From assembly GCA_040007095.1 (NCBI GenBank), contig JBDTVS010000127.1, positions 18,958-82,957 on the forward strand: a DNA stretch of 64,000 bases. Reading direction: 5' to 3'. Below are positions 58,832 to 64,000 of the stretch, in pieces. The stretch comes from Acidobacteriota bacterium (lineage in GTDB: Bacteria; Acidobacteriota; Vicinamibacteria; Vicinamibacterales; CAVVIG01). Position 1 is the first letter of the stretch. Every line of letters starts with the position of its first letter. Made by a program: the position numbers and the translations under genes. The notes beneath the pieces were generated by a model that was not told the DNA's origin, did not search any database, and was given only the letters and a program-made list of their open reading frames with translations.

Positions 58832-61128
58832 ACGGCGACACGCTGCGAGCGCGGGAATTCATCGCGGCCGTCTTTGACGGCGTTGACGGATTTCTGAACG
58901 TCCGCACGCTGCCACCTGTCGAGCAGACATTTGTGCCGATCGCGGACTTCGATGCCCTGGAGGCGTTTGTGAAGTCACGACGGGATCGCAACGCGTACAT
59001 CGGCGCTGCGGCTCGTGTCAGCAACACCGATGGATCGCTCGCCGGTTGTGGTGCGTTACCGGCGGTGTTCGCGGATCTCGACTTCAAGGACTTCGCGAAT
59101 GAGGGAGAGGCCCGCCGCCAACTCGAGGCTTCACCGTTGGCGCCAAGCGTCGTGATTCAGAGCGGGGGCGGACTCCAGCCCTGGTGGTTACTCAGGGAGC
59201 CGATTGATCTCCAGCGCGAGGCCCCTAACGCTAAGTCGCTCCTTCGGCGAATTGCGATTTCGCTCCATGCCGACATGGCGGCGGCGGAACCCGCACGCAT
59301 CCTGCGGCTACCGAATACGCAGAACTTCAAATACCTGCCACCCAGGCGCGTGAAGGTGGAGGTATTCGAGCCTGGCCGCCGGTACAACCTCGGCGATTTC
59401 GAGGAGTACCTTCCCGAGGCACCACGACCAGTTCCGCCGTCGCGATCTGTCTCGTCACCGACAGATCCAGATCGCCTCGTGCACCGCGCTCGACGCTACC
59501 TCGCGGAAACTCCTGGCGCGATTCAGGGCCAGGGTGGCGATCATCACACGTTCGTTGTCGCCTGCCGCTTGGTTCGCGACTTCGCCCTCGACGACACGAC
59601 CGCGCTCGACATCTTGCGAGACTGGAATCAGCGCTGTGTCCCCCTTTGGTCAGATCGCGAACTCGAGACAAAGATCTCGAACGCGCGAGACTACGGGAAC
59701 GGATCGATCGGTACAAAACTCAATGAATCTCAGTGCCCGGCGTTGACGACAGAGGCAGCGACCCACACGCCCGCACCACCCTCGGCGCCTCGCACGTTCA
59801 ACTTCAGCGACACCGGCAACGCTGAATACTTTGCGTGGCGACATGGCGCTGACGTGCGCTTTGATTTTCGACGCGATCGCCCACTGGTGTGGCAACAAAA
59901 CCGCTGGCGGCCGGACGGAGATGCCGAGATTCGGCGACTCGCGAAGTCGGCGATGCGTCAACGGTTTCGTGACGCGGCGGCGTTGGAGGATCCAGAAGCC
60001 CGCCGGCGTGCCGCGAAGTGGGCCACGGATAGTGAGTCGCGCACGCGGCTTGACTCGTTGCTCTATCTCGCCCAGGCCGAGCCGCCGATCGCGGATCCGG
60101 GTGACGCCTGGGATAAGCAGTCGACGTTACTCAACGCGAGCAACAGCACCGTCGACCTGACTACCGGCGTGTCGCGCCCGTCGCGACGTGAGGACCGGAT
60201 CACCTTGTGCACGGGCGCGGAATATCACCCGAGCGCCCGATCGGAACTATGGGACCACGCGCTCCGCAGCATCCTCGTCGATGACGACGTCATCGACTTT
60301 TTTCAGGTCGCGGTCGGCTATTCGGCGACTGGCGACACGAGCCGGGACTGCTGGTTTCTCGGCTGCGGATCGGGACGCAACGGGAAAGGAACGCTCTTTC
60401 AGCCTATTCGACACGCGCTCGGCGACTACGCCCTCGAACTGCCAGGGTCCGTTTTCGATCTGCGCAGCGAGCGCTCCCCGTACGAGCTCGCGTATCTGCC
60501 TGGGAAGCGCTTCGTGACCTCGTCCGAAGCTGGTGACACGCTCCGCTTGCACCACGATCGGATCAAGCAATTGAGCGGCGGCGACTCGATGAGCGCTGCG
60601 AACAAGTACGAAAAGGCGTTCGAGTTCGAGCCGGACTGCAAACTGTGGTTGGCATGCAACAAACGCCCGCGAGTCACCGATGACACAGCCGCGTTCTGGG
60701 CACGCGTGTTTCTGATCCCGTTCACGCAGTCGTTCGTCGGCAGAGAAGACCGTACGCTCCGTCCCGCGCTCGTCCAAGACCGCCGGCACCAAGCGGCCGT
60801 GCTGGCCTGGATTGTCCGAGGCGCCGTGCGCTATCACGCTGAAGGTCTGGAACCACCCGCGAGTATTCGGGCGGCGACGGCTGCATACCGGGAAGACTCG
60901 GACCCACTCGCCGCGTTCCTTGAAGAAACCTGCGACCTTGAGCCGACGGCCGAAGTCGGCGCGAAGGAGTTGTATGAGCACTACGCGCGGTGGGCCGATG
61001 CGCAGCACTTTAGCCCCAAAGAACGGCTGTCCGCGACGATGTTTGGCCGCCTCATTAGCGGTCGATTTGAACGCGAGCATACGCGGAGCGGGAAGGTCTA
61101 CAAAGGGCTCGCGAGACGGCATGTGTGA
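58828..61128 (+). CDS. Bifunctional primase-polymerase / D5-P4-family SF3 helicase
   Basis: AEP motifs AVFADLDFKD, QSGGGLQPWW, ILRLPNTQNFKY. D5_N-like FSDTGNAEYFAWRHG...WQQNRW. Walker A GCGSGRNGKGT. 766 aa. Confidence 0.85.
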   Translation: MNGDTLRAREFIAAVFDGVDGFLNVRTLPPVEQTFVPIADFDALEAFVKSRRDRNAYIGAAARVSNTDGSLAGCGALPAVFADLDFKDFANEGEARRQLEASPLAPSVVIQSGGGLQPWWLLREPIDLQREAPNAKSLLRRIAISLHADMAAAEPARILRLPNTQNFKYLPPRRVKVEVFEPGRRYNLGDFEEYLPEAPRPVPPSRSVSSPTDPDRLVHRARRYLAETPGAIQGQGGDHHTFVVACRLVRDFALDDTTALDILRDWNQRCVPLWSDRELETKISNARDYGNGSIGTKLNESQCPALTTEAATHTPAPPSAPRTFNFSDTGNAEYFAWRHGADVRFDFRRDRPLVWQQNRWRPDGDAEIRRLAKSAMRQRFRDAAALEDPEARRRAAKWATDSESRTRLDSLLYLAQAEPPIADPGDAWDKQSTLLNASNSTVDLTTGVSRPSRREDRITLCTGAEYHPSARSELWDHALRSILVDDDVIDFFQVAVGYSATGDTSRDCWFLGCGSGRNGKGTLFQPIRHALGDYALELPGSVFDLRSERSPYELAYLPGKRFVTSSEAGDTLRLHHDRIKQLSGGDSMSAANKYEKAFEFEPDCKLWLACNKRPRVTDDTAAFWARVFLIPFTQSFVGREDRTLRPALVQDRRHQAAVLAWIVRGAVRYHAEGLEPPASIRAATAAYREDSDPLAAFLEETCDLEPTAEVGAKELYEHYARWADAQHFSPKERLSATMFGRLISGRFEREHTRSGKVYKGLARRHV

Positions 61129-61239
61129 CGGGTTTACCCCAATGAATGACGGGTTTTTTGATGATTCCCTAAAGTCTCCTATGAACAGCACTTTGAAGAA
61201 GTTTACGGAAACAGCCTCAAACCCGTCACAACCCGTCAC
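61125..61239. repeat. Iteron cluster (candidate origin or packaging site)
   Basis: GTGACGGGTT at 61125-61134 and ATGACGGGTT at 61146-61155. Two tandem inverted copies AACCCGTCAC at 61220-61229 and 61230-61239. Begins at the primase-helicase stop codon. Confidence 0.5.
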
Positions 61240-61610
61240 AACTGGCGACGATGGCGGACGTCGCCCCGAGTATCACGCTTGAGCACGGCTGGGCCTGCCA
61301 AGGCTGCGGTCTCGTGAACGACGAACAGGTTATTGCTGGTAATAACCTGCCACGAGGGCAGCGCTGATGTCGTCGATGGAGTTGTGCTGGCTTGGCACCA
61401 ATCATGCCGATGGGCCGGGGATAAATGAAGGGTCCGTCGATCACCTGGTTACCATTCTGGAGGACTGTGTGTTTTTTGTCGCCAAAACGTGAATCTCTCG
61501 GGCATTAAGGCCAGGTGAGGGCAGCGGCAGTGACACGACATTACGGCGACGACCACGTTACCGACTCCGGTGACGTGCGGGTCGGTCAGTGGAAAGGACG
61601 GGGACAAACT

Positions 61611-62075
61611 GTGGCGGGAAGGCCAGGACGTAGCGGCGGACACAACAAGAAGAGCTTGCTGGAGCTCCAGGCAAGCGGTGGATTTCGAGCCGACAGGCAT
61701 GCGCATTTGCTGCCGAAGTCGCCTGTCGAGCCATCCCCGGCGGTCAATCCGCTCGATCGGTTCCTCCGACGCCGCGAAGGTGTTCAGCCTTTGATTCCAC
61801 CGGCGTCTGAAGCCGGTTGGCAGCCGACACGGGGCGACCTAGCGGCCCTGGGGACACACGGAAAGACGTTCGTCCGCTCGATGATCGTCACCTTCGAGTT
61901 CGCGGCCACCGACGGCCTCGTGCTACTCGAAGCCGGGCATGCGCTCGACGAGGTTACGCGGTGGCGTGAACGCTCGCGCAGAGAGGATGCCCACAACGCT
62001 CAAGGCTCCCGGCTCACGCTCGGCTGGCAGCGACAATTCGCGGCGCTGCTGCAGCAGTTGAAAGGTTCTCGATGA
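61611..62075 (+). CDS. Terminase small subunit-like protein (P27/Terminase_4-like)
   Basis: GTG 61611 chosen. N-terminal GRPGRSGGHNKKSLLELQASGGFRADRH resembles the GRPPK...L.GNPGKR start of P27-family TerS. ATGA coupling to the next ORF. Confidence 0.35.
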   Translation: MAGRPGRSGGHNKKSLLELQASGGFRADRHAHLLPKSPVEPSPAVNPLDRFLRRREGVQPLIPPASEAGWQPTRGDLAALGTHGKTFVRSMIVTFEFAATDGLVLLEAGHALDEVTRWRERSRREDAHNAQGSRLTLGWQRQFAALLQQLKGSR

Positions 62076-62302
62076 TGAAACCTCGACGGGCGCCGGCGGC
62101 GCCACTTTCACGCGGCGTGATCGCTATTTGCCTCGGCGGTTGGTCCGCGCTGGCACTGGAGGACTCAGACTCGGAGGCCTTCGATTTGTTCGAAACCAAC
62201 CTGGCCGGCGTCGCGCATCTGTGGCGCCTGCATGAGGCGTTCTTGTTGAGCGAGGCGGCGCGGCGCGGCATCACGCCGGCCTGGCGGCCCGATCGCACGT
62301 GA
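62072..62302 (+). CDS. Hypothetical small protein
   Basis: 76 aa. ATG overlaps the upstream stop (ATGA). No recognisable family. Confidence 0.35.
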   Translation: MMKPRRAPAAPLSRGVIAICLGGWSALALEDSDSEAFDLFETNLAGVAHLWRLHEAFLLSEAARRGITPAWRPDRT

Positions 62303-62335
62303 AATTAAACCCCATCTGAAGGAGACGAACACATT

Positions 62336-62851
62336 ATGACGACCCGAACAGAAATCGGTTCACTCCCGGTCGTGGATCAGCACCCCTTGGTGCTGGAGCA
62401 CGGAAGGAAACGTGTGCAATTAGCGACGGCCCTGACGGAGGCGCTCGCGGAGCACGGGCGACTCGTCGATTTTCGAGCACCCCTGAAACAGCAAATAGTC
62501 GCCCAACTCCTCGGCGACGGCGGTGGTCAACCGGGAGATGCGGCGGCGCGATTGACGAAGCTGGAGACCGACATATTAAGCGTCGGCAACCAGGTGGCGT
62601 CCATCAAAGAGGCCCTCGTGATCTGCGATGGGCGCCTGGTCGCAGCCCGCACGCAGGCTGAAACGGAAAGACGCGAGCAGGCGCGCAGTATTGCGCGGGA
62701 GATCGCCGGCCAAATGCAGCCGATCCTTGACAAGCTTTTGGCGCTCAACGAGCAATTGGTCGTCGTCTCGGCGGCGCGCGGCTTCGACGGTCGCTACACG
62801 CCGTTAGATCCTGGGCTGATGCTGGAATTTCGCCGTCAGCTCGGCGATTAA
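62336..62851 (+). CDS. Hypothetical coiled-coil protein
   Basis: Strong RBS (AAGGAGA about 10 nt before the ATG). 171 aa with a helical heptad-like centre. Confidence 0.6.
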   Translation: MTTRTEIGSLPVVDQHPLVLEHGRKRVQLATALTEALAEHGRLVDFRAPLKQQIVAQLLGDGGGQPGDAAARLTKLETDILSVGNQVASIKEALVICDGRLVAARTQAETERREQARSIAREIAGQMQPILDKLLALNEQLVVVSAARGFDGRYTPLDPGLMLEFRRQLGD

Positions 62852-62866
62852 CGAGGTCACAGCCAA

Positions 62867-63346
62867 GTGAACACATCGGCGTTAGTCGACGTTGGCGTGC
62901 GAGTGTTCGCGTTTCACGAGGCCGGTCACGGGTGCGTCGCCACGGCGCGGGGCGTGCAGGTCCGCTGCGTGGCAGTCGACGACGTGGCGGCTCCCGAACT
63001 CGGCCGCGTCGTGACGCGGCAGAAATTCGGCTTGATTCCCTGCGAGGATCTCGTGCTTTTTTTCCTCGCTGGCGGCGTGGCGCAAGAACGATACATGCGG
63101 TCAGTTGGGTTGAGCGATCACGATCATGGTGACGCGACTGATGTCGCCGACGCGCGGATCTTGCTCACCGAGCCTGGTGACCACCGCTATTCAGCCGCTG
63201 TCGATCGAGAGTTGGCGGTATGGCGTCGCCGCACTGAGCTCGCGGTCGCCGAGCACTGGAACTGGATTCACCGCGTGGCCGATCAACTCGTCTCTCGCCG
63301 TTGGTTGAGCGGCGACGACATCGTTCACCTGCGACGAGGAGTGTAA
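62867..63346 (+). CDS. Stand-alone FtsH-type (M41-like) zinc metallopeptidase domain
   Basis: 159 aa. FAFHEAGHGCVA (HExxH), LAGGVAQERY (compare FtsH GGRAAEE), GDATDVADA, and a C-terminal helical part like the FtsH C-terminus. No AAA module. Confidence 0.6.
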   Translation: MNTSALVDVGVRVFAFHEAGHGCVATARGVQVRCVAVDDVAAPELGRVVTRQKFGLIPCEDLVLFFLAGGVAQERYMRSVGLSDHDHGDATDVADARILLTEPGDHRYSAAVDRELAVWRRRTELAVAEHWNWIHRVADQLVSRRWLSGDDIVHLRRGV

Positions 63347-63351
63347 CCGAT

Positions 63352-63795
63352 ATGCCAGACGAAGTTCTCGACGCCAAGGCGTCGACTAAAGAAGTCGTGA
63401 CGCTCGCGCAAGCGAAAGAAAACATGGCGAAGCGCGCCGTGTGGCTCAAGGCAAATGGCCACCGACCGGTCTCGCACGAACAGCTCGACACGATCACAGA
63501 CCAGATTGCTGATGCGATTATCGCCGTCAATGTCTTCGCGCAGTCGATAAACGCGAAGAACATCGAACGCAACGAGAAGATCGCGGCGCTCGAAACAAAG
63601 GTCGCCGAACTCGAGACGCGGACGGCCGTCGACTACGTTGGTATCTGGCTCGAGAAATATTCGTACAGGAAGGGCCAGATCGTAACGCACAAGGGCACGA
63701 TCTGGTTTTGTAGGGTCGACTACACCATGGAGAAGCCTGGGACGTCGACCGACTGGCAACTGATGGTGAAAAACCAGGAGCGGCCCAACCGATGA
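63352..63795 (+). CDS. Hypothetical coiled-coil protein with CBM5/12-like C-terminal motif
   Basis: IERNEKIAALETKVAELETR coiled coil, then YRKGQIVTHKGTIWFCRVDYTMEKPGTSTDWQLMVK. Confidence 0.5.
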   Translation: MPDEVLDAKASTKEVVTLAQAKENMAKRAVWLKANGHRPVSHEQLDTITDQIADAIIAVNVFAQSINAKNIERNEKIAALETKVAELETRTAVDYVGIWLEKYSYRKGQIVTHKGTIWFCRVDYTMEKPGTSTDWQLMVKNQERPNR

Positions 63796-64000
63796 ACATC
63801 GATCAAGCGGTGGCGCAAGTTGCGCGGCAACTCGACGGCATCTGCGCAGCACGGCTCGATGCGTTCGAGCTCTCGCTCATCGAATGCGGCGTCAACCCCA
63901 ATGGTGGCGCCGACGTCTCAGGCCCACCACCTGGTGAGCTGCCCGCCGGCGTCTGTTGGAAACGGCTGCCCTTCGATGAGGCGGTCGCCCTCCAGAGAGC
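63792..64000 (+). CDS. Hypothetical protein, N-terminal part (runs off window)
   Basis: ATGA overlap with the upstream stop. My translation (MNIDQAVAQVARQLDGICAARLDAFELSLIECG...) stays open to position 64000. Confidence 0.4.
   Translation, partial: MNIDQAVAQVARQLDGICAARLDAFELSLIECGVNPNGGADVSGPPPGELPAGVCWKRLPFDEAVALQR

Larger units (their letters stand above)
55480..64000. mobile_element. Integrated phage-satellite/prophage-like island (left junction in comEC; right end outside window)
   Basis: Abrupt drop in GC and in G/C-ending codons. All genes lie on the + strand with many 4-nt start/stop overlaps. Content: excisionase-like HTH, DnaB-N protein, prim-pol/D5 helicase, iterons, terS-like gene. 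Confidence 0.7.

Noticed and set aside
61143-61282. 46-aa ORF (MNDGFFDDSLKSPMNSTLKKFTETASNPSQPVTTGDDGGRRPEYHA) across the iteron region, and the minus-strand ORF 61226..61444
   Set aside because: There is no RBS or homology, and both overlap the repeat cluster. The region is more plausibly non-coding origin or pac DNA.

Overview
High-GC bacterial chromosome segment whose codons mostly end in G or C. Gene content (bshC, futalosine-type menaquinone genes, carboxypeptidase-regulatory-domain repeat protein) suggests Acidobacteriota, but that is inference only.

Positions 1 to about 55,480 are a densely packed housekeeping region:
- late menaquinone genes (amidohydrolase, UbiA/MqnP-like, ubiX, ubiE/menG)
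- a tonB-like gene, miaA, deoB and a dGTPase-like gene
- yceD-rpmF-fabD-fabG-acpP-fabF
- etfB-etfA plus a membrane Fe-S oxidoreductase, a DUF374 gene and an HDAC-family gene
- leuS-lptE-holA and rpsT
- an ABC ATPase with a large membrane partner, an SLT transglycosylase and a secreted VOC protein
- alaS, recX, pilT, a Ser/Thr kinase, ilvE, rsmE and a carboxypeptidase-regulatory-domain protein
- prmA-dnaJ-grpE-hrcA with a CIRCE operator
- an amidohydrolase, xdhC, a class A PBP, bshC, carA-carB and comEC

At about 55,480 the comEC reading frame loses its normal C-terminus and the sequence becomes visibly more AT-rich. From there to the window end lies a single-strand block of phage/plasmid-type genes:
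- a 3-gene cassette of a TIGR04255-like protein, a HicB-fold protein and a HicA-like protein
- an HTH protein and an excisionase/AlpA-like HTH
- a DnaB N-terminal-domain-only protein
- a prim-pol plus D5/P4-type helicase, followed by iterons
- a small-terminase-like gene
- an FtsH-type M41 peptidase domain without an AAA module
- coiled-coil proteins

I read this block as an integrative, phage-satellite-like island inserted in comEC. Its right end and integrase would lie beyond the window.

Several families of intergenic word-repeat and inverted-repeat elements are scattered through the core region, including a roughly 155-200 bp structured element present twice. I recognised no rRNA, tRNA or CRISPR array. 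Many long ORFs in the six-frame track are antisense or alternate-frame artefacts of the high GC content and are not called.
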